Both the position numbers and the translations under genes were made by a program. This document shows, in pieces, positions 11,109 through 20,925 of a stretch of 64,000 nucleotides of DNA. How positions within the stretch are numbered: the first letter of the stretch is position 1; the number at the start of each line of letters is the position of its first letter. This stretch comes from Patescibacteria group bacterium (GTDB lineage Bacteria; Patescibacteriota; Dojkabacteria; GCA-002793355), in the NCBI GenBank assembly GCA_016860985.1, contig BOKM01000001.1, forward strand, positions 2,310 to 66,309, written 5' to 3'. A model generated the notes under the pieces. It made no database searches and was not told the origin of the DNA. It saw nothing but the letters and a program-made list of their open reading frames with translations.

Positions 11109-11930
11109 ATGAAAAAACTAGGCATACTTCTTCTATTAGTACTTATTGTTGGTGGTGGCGCATATTGGTACTTCACAACATACTCCCCCAAAAAGGCAGA
11201 CAAAAATACAACGCAGAATAGTAATCTAGTGAAAGATAACAGAAACACAAATACCGTTATGGACGGCGAACTTCTTGATATAGTTTTCTATAAACAAGTG
11301 TCTCTTAGTTCGAGTAAATTTTTTTATAACGATGACCCCAGTAGTTCCTCCATTTTCGGAGAAAAGCCGTATGCCTACTTTAATGTCGTTTACAAATCGA
11401 GTGGAACCCAAACCGAGGTACTCGAATATTACAAGAACATCTTCACTAAACCGATTGAAAGAGAATATCCTGATTCAGATATGGTAACTGGCTATATCGA
11501 TGAGTATAAAGTATCTGCAACTCGCTACGAAGCTGACAACACCGTTTACCTTCAGATTCATTTCCCCAGCGAAAAGGTTACAAAGGACTCGATATATTTG
11601 AATAAATTTCCCTTAGAACTTAAAGCATCTTCATATCTCGAGGAGCACGAATTGTCCTATGGTGTACTTGAGCAGAACGGTGGCGAAGTTGAGTACACTA
11701 AGTACTATACAATTATCGATTCTGGTGACAAAAACCAAGATGGCAAAGACGATATCGATGAATATGATGAAGTACTTACAGATTACAAGGCCACCTATAA
11801 ATACGAACCTAACTATGTATTTGATGAGAAATTGCAACAGCTAACGTGGGAATATGAAGGCTACAAGGTTACCGTTGCATTTGCTGATTCTCACGATCGC
11901 GTGTACGTAATGATGAGAAAGAAATTATAA
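11109..11930 (+). CDS. Hypothetical exported/membrane-anchored protein
   Basis: N-terminal signal-anchor. EF-hand-like 'DKNQDGKDD'. Confidence 0.7.
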   Translation: MKKLGILLLLVLIVGGGAYWYFTTYSPKKADKNTTQNSNLVKDNRNTNTVMDGELLDIVFYKQVSLSSSKFFYNDDPSSSSIFGEKPYAYFNVVYKSSGTQTEVLEYYKNIFTKPIEREYPDSDMVTGYIDEYKVSATRYEADNTVYLQIHFPSEKVTKDSIYLNKFPLELKASSYLEEHELSYGVLEQNGGEVEYTKYYTIIDSGDKNQDGKDDIDEYDEVLTDYKATYKYEPNYVFDEKLQQLTWEYEGYKVTVAFADSHDRVYVMMRKKL

Positions 11931-11934
11931 ACTT

Positions 11935-12591
11935 CTACACCTTCTGACTATCGATTAATTCTTTCAATACTGCTTTTACTTCACTATAAGAAAAACCGCG
12001 ACCAAGAAGTCGGTTCGTTACTTTTTGTTTTAAGTCGTACGCATCTTTGGCTTTAACTGTTTTTAGCAGTTTTTGGGCAAACACTTTCAATTTCTCGCCT
12101 TGATCAGCCGCATTTGTAGGGTCTTCGCTATGTTTTGAAAGTACGTTTGTAATTATTTTTAAGGATACTCCTTTAGCCAGCAATTCAGATTTGATTTTGT
12201 TATGTCCTTGCGTTCCAGAAGAAAGCTTATACGTCGCATACCATTCTGCAAAACGTTCGTCTGAAAGCATGCCAAGATCAGTTAGTTTCTCGATTACTTG
12301 CTGTGTTTCTTCTTCAGTGTATTTTTTACGATAAACTAAGTAACTTTTTAACTCTGCGATTGATCTCGGGCGCAAGGCAACAAAACGATACGCTCGTTCA
12401 AGTAATTTGCCTGAGGCTGCTACTGCTTCGATTTTCTCTTTCTCTTCTTGAGTTAAGACCTTTTCTTTAATGAGCTTAAGCGCGACCATATCATTTTTCG
12501 AGATGCCAAGCCAAAACGCACCATTTAGAAATACATTAACCCTTTCAGAATTCCGCTTTGCTTGCGAGATGTTGGTGATGACGTACAACAT
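11935..12591 (-). CDS. recX: Regulatory protein RecX
   Basis: 'RPRS..EL..YL', 'LSDERFA', 'I..EL..KGV', 'L.GRGF'. Confidence 0.9.
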   Translation of the reverse strand: MLYVITNISQAKRNSERVNVFLNGAFWLGISKNDMVALKLIKEKVLTQEEKEKIEAVAASGKLLERAYRFVALRPRSIAELKSYLVYRKKYTEEETQQVIEKLTDLGMLSDERFAEWYATYKLSSGTQGHNKIKSELLAKGVSLKIITNVLSKHSEDPTNAADQGEKLKVFAQKLLKTVKAKDAYDLKQKVTNRLLGRGFSYSEVKAVLKELIDSQKV

Positions 12592-12941
12592 TATGGAAAT
12601 ACAAGATACAGCCAGTTTACGATTTGTGCGGCAAATAATAAAACAATATAAGGAATAATATATCCATATATTGCATCAATTACGCGAATAGCTACACGGA
12701 ACAGTTTTGCAAGGATGATCGCCATAACAGGGAAGCATATAAATTCAAGCACAATTGCTCCCATCCAAAAAACGAGCCCCGCCATTGCTACATTTGGGTC
12801 ATTAAGTTCTGGGAAAAAATACAAAACAGGCTTTAAAAATTGAATACTTAAATATCCAGCGCCAAAAACAAACGAAAAAAACAGATACAATATAAAACTT
12901 ATAATACCAATCCAGTGGCCAGTTGTAATTTTACGTTTCAT
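12591..12941 (-). CDS. Small membrane protein
   Basis: Hydrophobic 116-aa ORF overlapping the recX start by 1 nt. Confidence 0.6.
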   Translation of the reverse strand: MKRKITTGHWIGIISFILYLFFSFVFGAGYLSIQFLKPVLYFFPELNDPNVAMAGLVFWMGAIVLEFICFPVMAIILAKLFRVAIRVIDAIYGYIIPYIVLLFAAQIVNWLYLVFP

Positions 12942-12981
12942 ATATTATCGTAGTCCTTTCTTATTATGATGTCTATAAAAT

Positions 12982-13338
12982 CTACTCATTTGCCCTTAAG
13001 ATCTTCTCCATCGGCTTTCCTTTTGCTAGCTCATCAATCAGTTTATCGAGATATCGAATTTGCTGCATCAGTTTGTCTGAAATTTCTTCTACCCGAACGC
13101 CACACACTATTCCTGTAATTTTCGAAGAAAGTGGATTAAAATGCGGTGCTTGGTCAAAAAAGGTTCTGAAATCGACTTCTTTGGTAACTTGTTCTTGCAA
13201 AGATTGCAACGTGTAACCGGTAAGCCAGCAGATAACCTCATCAACTTCTGCCTGGGTACGCCCTTTGCGCTCTGCTTTTTTAACATATAACGGATACACT
13301 CGAGAAAAAGCCATTGAATATATTCTATTTTCTTGCAT
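12982..13338 (-). CDS. DUF2200 family protein
   Basis: '[14 protein letters not shown]', '[12 protein letters not shown]', '[15 protein letters not shown]'. Confidence 0.9.
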   Translation of the reverse strand: MQENRIYSMAFSRVYPLYVKKAERKGRTQAEVDEVICWLTGYTLQSLQEQVTKEVDFRTFFDQAPHFNPLSSKITGIVCGVRVEEISDKLMQQIRYLDKLIDELAKGKPMEKILRANE

Positions 13339-13356
13339 ACAAAGTATACTATGTCT

Positions 13357-14059
13357 ATGATGAAAAATATCAAAAAGATTCTACTTGCACTCGTTGTTGT
13401 GCTATTGGCCACAACTGGAGGTTTTCTGATTTACGCAACCGACTACTACAAAGCAGACGAAACAGCCCAACAATTACTACAGTCAAATGCAGCAATAAAT
13501 GACAACGGCTCACTCGTTACCATAACCCCCACACAACAAACCGAAACCGCTCTCATTTTTTTACCCAGGGGCAAAAGTCGAACATACTGCGTATCTCCCA
13601 CTTCTTGAAAAGGTGAGCCGAACGTCAAACATCAAGATTTTCCTTGTTCGAATGCCACTTCGCTTTGCAATTTTTAATCAAAACGCTGCAGCACGAATTA
13701 TGTCTCAAAACCCAGACATTACAAAATGGTACCTTGGCGGGCATTCCCTAGGTGGAGCGATGGCAAGTAGCTTTGCCTCAAATAATCAGGATAAAGTTCA
13801 AGGACTCATATTGCTTGGTGCGTATGTGTATGGAAGTTACCCAAAGGAGAAGTCACTGACAATCTATGGAACCTTAAATACTACTGTGTCAGAGAAGGTT
13901 GATTACACTGAAAATGTAGTCGCGATTGAGGGCGGTAATCATGCGCAGTTTGGAAATTATGGAAAGCAAAAGGGTGACCAAGAGGCCACCATAACGTCAG
14001 TACAGCAACAACAAGCAGCAGTTGAGGCAATTAAGGACTTTCTTTCAAAGGCAGAGTAA
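13357..14059 (+). pseudogene. Alpha/beta hydrolase, frameshifted
   Basis: Removing one T from T7 at 13556-13562 gives IFYPGAKVEHTAYLPLL in frame with the GHSLGG / GGNHAQFG part. Confidence 0.8.
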
Positions 14060-14099
14060 CGCTCTTCTAGAAAATTCTAGATTGTGCTACCGTAGAATA

Positions 14100-14366
14100 A
14101 TGAACAAAAAACTTTTTTGTCAAAGTTGCGGGTATCCAATGGAAGCAGGTTCTGAAAAATGCGGAACAAATGCCGACGGATCCAGAAGCGACAAGTACTG
14201 CTCCATGTGCTATATGGATGGAAAGTTTCTCTCTCCTCCAGAAGTCGACACAGCGGAAAAGTTCCAGAAATACTGCATGCAGGAGATGAAAAAAGATGGA
14301 ATGAACGGCTTAATGGCGTGGTTTTTGACCAGGGGTATCCCAAGGTTGGAACGGTGGAGAAAATAG
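14100..14366 (+). CDS. Putative zinc-ribbon protein
   Basis: 'CQSCGYPM', 'GTNADGS.S..YC..CY.DG.F', 'IPRLERW'. Confidence 0.85.
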   Translation: MNKKLFCQSCGYPMEAGSEKCGTNADGSRSDKYCSMCYMDGKFLSPPEVDTAEKFQKYCMQEMKKDGMNGLMAWFLTRGIPRLERWRK

Positions 14367-14367
14367 T

Positions 14368-14556
14368 CTACAGTTTATTGATAAATTTTCGATACTGCCC
14401 TTTTGTCAAAAACACCCGATGTACTGATCTATTTTCAGTATTTCCTGTAAGTGTCGCTGTCGGAGATATTCCGTGCGCAACAACTTTCATTGTGCCTAGG
14501 TTAATATCCAAATAGTAGTACTCCTTATTTTTATTCATTCTCGTTTGTATAATCAA
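14368..14556 (-). CDS. Small hypothetical protein
   Basis: Fills the gap; ends 'HRVFLTKGQY.K'. Start may be at 14538. Confidence 0.5.
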   Translation of the reverse strand: MIIQTRMNKNKEYYYLDINLGTMKVVAHGISPTATLTGNTENRSVHRVFLTKGQYRKFINKL

Positions 14557-14558
14557 AG

Positions 14559-15035
14559 ATGACTTCTATTTTAGTGTACACCTTTTTCGGCTATGCGAAA
14601 GCTACTTCAAGAGGTTTGTACAACTACAATGACCAAACAATGCCTTTTGACAAACTTTTTATACCAAACCGTTTTGGAACCAGCAAGCTAATTGAAAAAC
14701 TGCATCTTTACGATTATGTACTTGGTATTGCAGACCACAATAAGAATGCAACAAAATCAAGATTTGACCCGGTGTATATCAATAAATATTCCAATAGAAT
14801 GTTAAAAGCTGACAGCCCTGAACAAATTTCGGCAAATCTCAACCTTACACTTCCTGAGACCTTTTATACTTTTGCAGGTACTACAAATGGGCCTTGCAAC
14901 AGATCTGCCTATCTTTGTATGAACGAGATCACTTTAAAGTGCTTACACACAACATTTGGATTCTTTCACCTACACAAAAAGAGATGGGAGAGTGACCTTG
15001 CAACGTTACTTCGTTTGATTACGAGTCATTCGTAG
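14559..15035 (+). CDS. Divergent pyroglutamyl-peptidase (C15)-like protein
   Basis: 'ILVYTF', 'VLGIA', 'AG....CN..AY' and 'GFFHL' resemble the C15 Cys/His motifs. Confidence 0.5.
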   Translation: MTSILVYTFFGYAKATSRGLYNYNDQTMPFDKLFIPNRFGTSKLIEKLHLYDYVLGIADHNKNATKSRFDPVYINKYSNRMLKADSPEQISANLNLTLPETFYTFAGTTNGPCNRSAYLCMNEITLKCLHTTFGFFHLHKKRWESDLATLLRLITSHS

Positions 15036-15407
15036 TGCAGAATAATAAACAAGATAACAGTAACTCGCCAAGAGAGTGAGTGGCGCAAACATGAACCGTT
15101 CAAAATCTGTTTTCGCAAATACGTTACCGACAGTATTTAGAAGCATTAACAAGGCTAACGAGAAAAAGAGATAGATATAAAACCGGTTTCCAACACCTTT
15201 TTCAATTTTGAAAGAAAGTATAAACCAAAGAAGAAGCATTTGAACCGCAATTGAGATAGCCTCAAAGGTATACATTTGTTCGACTGTTTGTAGCTGGCCG
15301 CCCCACACATTCACAAAATCAACAAATCGAGTAACAATGAGCGCATGGTATACAAGAGCAATCACATTTATTGAAACAAGAATGGATTTTGCAGTTTTTA
15401 GGGTCAT
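15006..15407 (-). CDS. Membrane protein
   Basis: Four TM segments; 'VWGG', 'LNTVGN.FAKT.FE'. Confidence 0.7.
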   Translation of the reverse strand: MTLKTAKSILVSINVIALVYHALIVTRFVDFVNVWGGQLQTVEQMYTFEAISIAVQMLLLWFILSFKIEKGVGNRFYIYLFFSLALLMLLNTVGNVFAKTDFERFMFAPLTLLASYCYLVYYSALRMTRNQTK

Positions 15408-15521
15408 CTTTATGGTAACCTATGAATTTATTACACGTAGTTAACTTTTTACCAACTCGGTGAATTTCGGTCAAGGATTGAATTTATTGCAGATACCCAG
15501 GAGAAAAGATATAGTGTTTTA

Positions 15522-15914
15522 ATGAAGCGAAAACTAAACGCAAAAGGATATATGGTTATTCTTGCATGTTTTATCTATTCACTAGTCCTTTTCAACGCGC
15601 TGGATTTCCATTCTTTTGCATATGCGACACGAATTGCACCTTTCTATTACATTACAGAGTTGCTTGTAATAGTCTACTATATTACAAATGCCGGGACGAT
15701 GGTTTTCTTAACACCGTTAATTCTTTTACTCGGAGAAAAGGCTTCTGACAAAATTTTCTGCGGAGAGTGTATTGCTCCAATACCTGTAATTACAACTTTT
15801 ACGACTTTCATATTTTTATCGGCATTTTTGCTTGTCCTCTTTAACAAATGTTTATTCACTGAGCGGGCAAAACCAATAAAAAGTAAAACTAGTAAGACTA
15901 AGCGAGTTTCTTAA
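15522..15914 (+). CDS. Membrane protein
   Basis: Hydrophobic 130-aa ORF. Confidence 0.55.
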   Translation: MKRKLNAKGYMVILACFIYSLVLFNALDFHSFAYATRIAPFYYITELLVIVYYITNAGTMVFLTPLILLLGEKASDKIFCGECIAPIPVITTFTTFIFLSAFLLVLFNKCLFTERAKPIKSKTSKTKRVS

Positions 15915-16365
15915 TAAACCGTTGCGCTTTTGTTTCAAAGCCATACTTTTTGTAGAAGCTGTGTGCACGATCTAGTCCATTTTCTGACTCTAGATTTACT
16001 TTCACAACATTGTTTTCCTTACACCATTCAAAAAAGGCATCCATGAGTTTGATTGCATTTCCTCCACCTCGGTGAGTTTTTTGCAAAAAGAATTCTTCGA
16101 CTTCTGCTCTATTCCCGCCATTTCTGAGCATGGGGCATAAATATCCAGTAACGATTCCAATAACTTCGTTTTCAGGGGTCTCGAGTAAAAAGATTGCGTA
16201 ATCGTCACGAGCGAGTAGCGTTTCAAACACTTTGCTGCCACCGTCTCTGGCGCTTGTTGATTCGCACTGTTCTCCAGTTATCTGTTCCATACAATCCGCT
16301 CTAAAATCATCTAAGATTTTGAGAACTGCAGCTTTGTCTTGAATAGTTGCTTTGCGTGTTTGCAT
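15898..16365 (-). CDS. GNAT acetyltransferase
   Basis: 'HRGGGNA..LM', 'AHSFYKKYGF'. Confidence 0.9.
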   Translation of the reverse strand: MQTRKATIQDKAAVLKILDDFRADCMEQITGEQCESTSARDGGSKVFETLLARDDYAIFLLETPENEVIGIVTGYLCPMLRNGGNRAEVEEFFLQKTHRGGGNAIKLMDAFFEWCKENNVVKVNLESENGLDRAHSFYKKYGFETKAQRFIKKLA

Positions 16366-16432
16366 GGGGAATTATAACACTTTAGGTATTTCAGATATTC
16401 AGAACGATAATAATGATCTATAATTTAATACA

Positions 16433-16888
16433 ATGGAAAACATCAGTATCGTTCAAGCAAATCAAGATGATGCCGAATTACTTCTAGAAATCGAGCAAGC
16501 AACCGAATCAATAACATACTCAACGGTTAAGAATATTTCACAGGCGAAATCATATATTAATAGTGCTAAAATTTTATGGCTCTACAAAAACAACGTAGTA
16601 ATAGGCAAGGTATCATACGTTCTTTCGGAAGATAAGACTGTAGAGATCACTGGGCTTATTATCTTGCCTGCTTACAGAAAAAAGGGGTATGGTAAATACC
16701 TTGTTAAGCATGTTATTGCTCTATTTCCCAACGCTAAAATGAAATTAACCGTTCACCCTGAAAATAATTCTGCAATATCTTTATATTACTCACTAGGTTT
16801 TACCTCTCAAGATACACTAACTAACCCATATGGCGATGGAGAGCCACGATTGCTAATGATTAGGAATCCAGCAACACACCAGAAGTAA
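16433..16888 (+). CDS. GNAT acetyltransferase (RimI-like)
   Basis: 'YRKKGYGK', 'N..AISLY.SLGF'. Confidence 0.9.
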   Translation: MENISIVQANQDDAELLLEIEQATESITYSTVKNISQAKSYINSAKILWLYKNNVVIGKVSYVLSEDKTVEITGLIILPAYRKKGYGKYLVKHVIALFPNAKMKLTVHPENNSAISLYYSLGFTSQDTLTNPYGDGEPRLLMIRNPATHQK

Positions 16889-18404
16889 CAAGATACTTTT
16901 TTAATGTGTTTGCCTTCTTCAGAATTTTGTTTGCAATTTCAGTATCCAGCCCTCTTTTTGTGTGAATTGGGCCATTTACCGCACAATAACAAATAGTTTC
17001 GATCATTGCAGCCAAAAATGGTTGATAGTCGGAGTGCGTTGCACCTTCTCCATTATATAAATTCAATGATGCTCCATTGCCTAAAATAGTTAATGTTTTC
17101 CCGTTTGAAAGTTTATAAATTCGAGCGAAGTTATCAATGAAATTTAATTCACTTGACTCATCGAATTTGTGGTACGATTGCTTAATCTCATTAGAGGATA
17201 CAGTTGCAATATACGTGTCCCTTTCAATTTTTGACAGATTATCGTACGTTAGTGCATCCAATCCAGTGCATCCAACAACTAAGACAGGCTTAAACTCTTT
17301 TAACAGATAGACCAGATCTTTCGACACGGGGAAACCATCAGATAATGATTCAAAAACTCGGTAGGGTTCAATATCGCAAACATATACCGCCATGCCGTGA
17401 TTCCTCAAATCCTTCGCAATAACTTTGCCTAATGCTCCGTAACCAACAACTACTGCGATTTGGCTCTGTAAACCTATTTGAGGGATGAGTTCATAGATTC
17501 TATTGGTGATGGAGTGACCAATCACGGGGCTCATCAAGTTCTTTATTTCGGAATCGGCTAAGTTTACTACAGTAATGTCCAGATCTTGTCGTGCATTAAT
17601 TGCGTGCATTCCACCTTTTGTTGTTTCTATAAAACCGCTTGTAATATCCCCGTATTTAGCACCGAACAGGTCGATAACCGTTGTAATCATTAACCCTCCG
17701 TCGTCAAAAACGATTACCTTTTTATTCTCTTTTCGGGCTCTCACAAAGTAAGGATTAAGCTCATTAAATACTCTATCTGCTGACTCGGGTAGTATTGTTT
17801 CGTCTTCGGTTTTACCTGTTGGCGACACTGACTCAAATGGGCTCAAGACAAAGACGCCAATACCCAACGCCTTAAATGATTCCTCAATTCGATAAATATT
17901 TTTACATCTGTCACCCTTAGAGTAATAGACTGTGTTTTCAGGTTTAAGTCCAAGTTTAAACAATTCTTTGAAAACATTAAAGACTGATATTAAGCTATGT
18001 TCCCTGAATATTACAATGGCATTGCTTAATACTTGATCGCGGACGTATTCTTCTGAAACCATTTTACTTAGCAAAGGCGTATATTCGTAAAGTTTTTTTT
18101 CCTCTTCAGGAGAAAACACCTTACTCATAGTCTCAACGTAAGTATGGAGTTCCTCTACGCCTTCAGTATCAACAATCACCTCCATTCGTTTCAAGCCAGT
18201 TTGGTAGTACTCAAGAAATCGTTGGGGAGGCAAAAACTGAAATATAACTCTGATGTTATTTTCACAGGAGACGAAGGAAAGTGAGTTTTTATCATCCTTC
18301 TTCGATACTGGTTGTTTTGCAAATGCTTCCATCCACTCCTTTACGGACAAGATGACACGTGCAAAATAATTATCAGATCCGTAAAACTGGTTATGAGTAA
18401 TCAT
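16860..18404 (-). CDS. Divergent adenosylhomocysteinase-like NAD-binding protein
   Basis: 'FDDGG', 'ETTKGG', Rossmann 'VVGYGALG', 'G.SLNL'. Own promoter TTGACC-N17-TATCCT 5 nt before the ATG. Confidence 0.65.
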   Translation of the reverse strand: MITHNQFYGSDNYFARVILSVKEWMEAFAKQPVSKKDDKNSLSFVSCENNIRVIFQFLPPQRFLEYYQTGLKRMEVIVDTEGVEELHTYVETMSKVFSPEEEKKLYEYTPLLSKMVSEEYVRDQVLSNAIVIFREHSLISVFNVFKELFKLGLKPENTVYYSKGDRCKNIYRIEESFKALGIGVFVLSPFESVSPTGKTEDETILPESADRVFNELNPYFVRARKENKKVIVFDDGGLMITTVIDLFGAKYGDITSGFIETTKGGMHAINARQDLDITVVNLADSEIKNLMSPVIGHSITNRIYELIPQIGLQSQIAVVVGYGALGKVIAKDLRNHGMAVYVCDIEPYRVFESLSDGFPVSKDLVYLLKEFKPVLVVGCTGLDALTYDNLSKIERDTYIATVSSNEIKQSYHKFDESSELNFIDNFARIYKLSNGKTLTILGNGASLNLYNGEGATHSDYQPFLAAMIETICYCAVNGPIHTKRGLDTEIANKILKKANTLKKYLVTSGVLLDS

Positions 18405-18490
18405 TGGTAAGGATAGAACTAATTAATCGGGAGGTCAAGAGAAAGAATATCTGGAACCTAAAAATTGATACTGAAGACCCTTTGGTTATA

Positions 18491-18583
18491 GATAGGACTG
18501 ACGGGACTTGAAGCAGCCATTACAATAATGCGGAACTGGAAGGTCTGGTACATGGAATGAGACAGTATAAAAAGGATGTCTCA
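18491..18583. repeat. Junction repeat copy 1 (23-bp core plus right-hand flank only)
   Basis: GATAGGACTGACGGGACTTGAAG at 18491-18513, then AATGCGG, GTCTGG and GAGACAGTATAAAAAGGA as in copy 2. Confidence 0.9.
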
Positions 18584-18602
18584 GCGTGTCATTATCCAGA
18601 TA

Positions 18603-19253
18603 TTACCCTTCTACCAAACGCTCAGGAATGAACATTTCTGCATAAACTGGACCACCATGGCTCTTCATTAGTTTCCCAAGAAGGTATGGATGCAAATACT
18701 CTGAAGGAACAATTTGACAGAATGCTTTAATCATTTGGGGATCAATCAATTTCGCATACTTAAAAATAGATAAGACTTTCATTTTTTGCTCAATTTGCTC
18801 ATTGCTCCCAAAGAAAAACATCTTTGGAATAAAGTTGGTCGAATAGGGAGATCTAAAGTAAATAAGGTTTTCAGCAGAACGACTTGCAATATTGACACAC
18901 TTTGCAACGACTTCGTGATCAGTATGGTTGTCTTGCGGGAAATGAGTATAGATAGTATCGGGTTTAAACTCTTCAACAAGTTTTTCTAACTCCTTTTTCA
19001 CTTCCGTTGTATATTTTTCAAGTTCAGAGTCTGGATACTCAGAAAAAGAGTAATCTTTAACTCCCATTAATGTCGCAGCATCTAGAGCTTCCTTTGTCCT
19101 GATTTCTTCATATTCTTTTGCTTTTATCCCGCCTCTCGTTACACAGTGAATCTTTACTTTCGCCCCGTTCTTGATTAAATCTTCAATCTTCATTGACATG
19201 CTGATTTCAGCATCGTCTGGGTGCGCAACAATAATTAGAACTCGTTTTATCAT
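18603..19253 (-). CDS. PIG-L/LmbE family deacetylase
   Basis: 'AHPDDAE' and 'D.H.DH' motifs. Confidence 0.9.
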   Translation of the reverse strand: MIKRVLIIVAHPDDAEISMSMKIEDLIKNGAKVKIHCVTRGGIKAKEYEEIRTKEALDAATLMGVKDYSFSEYPDSELEKYTTEVKKELEKLVEEFKPDTIYTHFPQDNHTDHEVVAKCVNIASRSAENLIYFRSPYSTNFIPKMFFFGSNEQIEQKMKVLSIFKYAKLIDPQMIKAFCQIVPSEYLHPYLLGKLMKSHGGPVYAEMFIPERLVEG

Positions 19254-19255
19254 TT

Positions 19256-20167
19256 TTAGTAGTTAGTAATCATAAGTTCTGATATAGAGCCTCTACTCGT
19301 CCCCTTAGAGTTAATATTCCTATTTGCGCGTACCTTTTTAATAAAGAATTTTTTGTACAGGGATTCAAAAAAGTTATCATTTATATCTGAATTATGTGGG
19401 TCAGAGTTGCTAAGTATAAGATTTGCGCCAAGATTATCCATTCGCTTGTAATAATCAGCTAAACGTTTTTGATCTTCGTCCGTGAATCCCTCTTTCGAGT
19501 AACTTGTAAAACTTGCTGCCTGCTTTAGTGGACGATATGGAGGATCAAGGTAAATCAAAGTGCCCTTTGTCACATAGTCTTCAGATAGCTGAAAATCTCC
19601 ACAAAGGATAACAGTCTTTTTCAATGACTTACTTACCTCAAATAGATTCTCCTTATCACAAATTTTTGGGTTCACATATCTTCCAAAAGGTACGTTGAAT
19701 TCCCCTTTCTTATTTTGTCTAAACAAACCATTAAAGCAAGTTCGATTAAGAAAGATTATCAACACCGTTCTCTCAATCCAATTAGGATTATAATGTGCAT
19801 AATCTATACCTTTTTGGGTCTCGTTATACAACATTCTCTTCAAATAGAAGAACTTTTCTCTCTCTGTTGAGACAAGACTTAAATACTCCTTCTGAATATT
19901 TTCCAATCTCTCGATAACCTCTTTTACATGAAGCTTTATTGTCTTGTACGCTAACACAAGGTCAGGATTAATATCAATTATTACTGACTTACCAATTTCA
20001 TAATTGTTGTTCAGATAGAAGAAGAAGGAACCACCACCAATAAAAGGCTCAATATATGTGGCAATCTTTTTTGTTTTAGTTACACTATTTGGTAGTCGTG
20101 CAATTAGATCATTCATTAACTGCCTTTTGCCACCTGCCCATTTTAGAAAGGGTTTTGAGTTAATCAT
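19256..20167 (-). CDS. Dam/DpnM-like adenine DNA methyltransferase (alpha class)
   Basis: 'KWAGGKRQL', 'EPFIGGG', 'LNRTCFNGL.R.N..G.FNVP.G', 'DPPY'. Confidence 0.95.
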   Translation of the reverse strand: MINSKPFLKWAGGKRQLMNDLIARLPNSVTKTKKIATYIEPFIGGGSFFFYLNNNYEIGKSVIIDINPDLVLAYKTIKLHVKEVIERLENIQKEYLSLVSTEREKFFYLKRMLYNETQKGIDYAHYNPNWIERTVLIIFLNRTCFNGLFRQNKKGEFNVPFGRYVNPKICDKENLFEVSKSLKKTVILCGDFQLSEDYVTKGTLIYLDPPYRPLKQAASFTSYSKEGFTDEDQKRLADYYKRMDNLGANLILSNSDPHNSDINDNFFESLYKKFFIKKVRANRNINSKGTSRGSISELMITNY

Positions 20168-20925
20168 TTAATTAAATACCTCGCAGAGTTAAGCAATTTA
20201 ATGCCATTGTATTCATACAGGTCTTTAAACCCAAAGTGCCAAAGATAGTACAAATCCCCTCGCTTCTCAAAAAACAATGTTGTTACCTTCTTGTCTGTAT
20301 GTTCCTGCCATTGTCGATATGGATAGTAAAGCTGTCTAATAATTTCGTTCGAGGTACTTGAGTTTTTTGCCTCAACAAGCACTACTGAATCTCTTCCTTC
20401 ATACCCTGCATCGACCTCAGTTTGTACACTTTGAGTTGAAATTGTTTGAGTTCCAACTTTAAATGAAAATTCCGGTGTATATTTGCGTCCTCGAATCGTT
20501 AAAACCAAAGTAGGATCTTTAGTAAAGGTTCTAATAATACTCGAAGCGTACGTAAAATCTAAATGCTGCATCTCAGAATTCCCAACTTTTGTAGTCTCAA
20601 GGGTAAAATCAAGGATTGATTTATGGATTTCTGGTTCTGAGGTAATATCAGGGATGTCAACGTATCCTTCTCCTTTTATTATTGCATATGTTCCATTTTT
20701 TATCGGCAATAAAAACAATCCAAGTTTTCTAAAAATTTGTGGTCTGGAGTCTCTTGTATCCTGTTTACATAGGATCCTAGGCTCAGTAATCCCATCTGAA
20801 ACAAAATCTTTACAACTCTTTTTTATCTGAGTCGCTGTGATAGTCAGTGGCTCTTTTGAAAAATCATGATTGGTAATTCCAACATCTTCTCCAATCTTAT
20901 CCCACGCTCTATCTCTTGCTGTCAT
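20164..20925 (-). CDS. Putative type II restriction endonuclease
   Basis: PD-(D/E)XK-type 'EVDAGYE...VLVEAK' and 'IRQLYYPY'. Translationally coupled between two MTases. Confidence 0.75.
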   Translation of the reverse strand: MTARDRAWDKIGEDVGITNHDFSKEPLTITATQIKKSCKDFVSDGITEPRILCKQDTRDSRPQIFRKLGLFLLPIKNGTYAIIKGEGYVDIPDITSEPEIHKSILDFTLETTKVGNSEMQHLDFTYASSIIRTFTKDPTLVLTIRGRKYTPEFSFKVGTQTISTQSVQTEVDAGYEGRDSVVLVEAKNSSTSNEIIRQLYYPYRQWQEHTDKKVTTLFFEKRGDLYYLWHFGFKDLYEYNGIKLLNSARYLIK

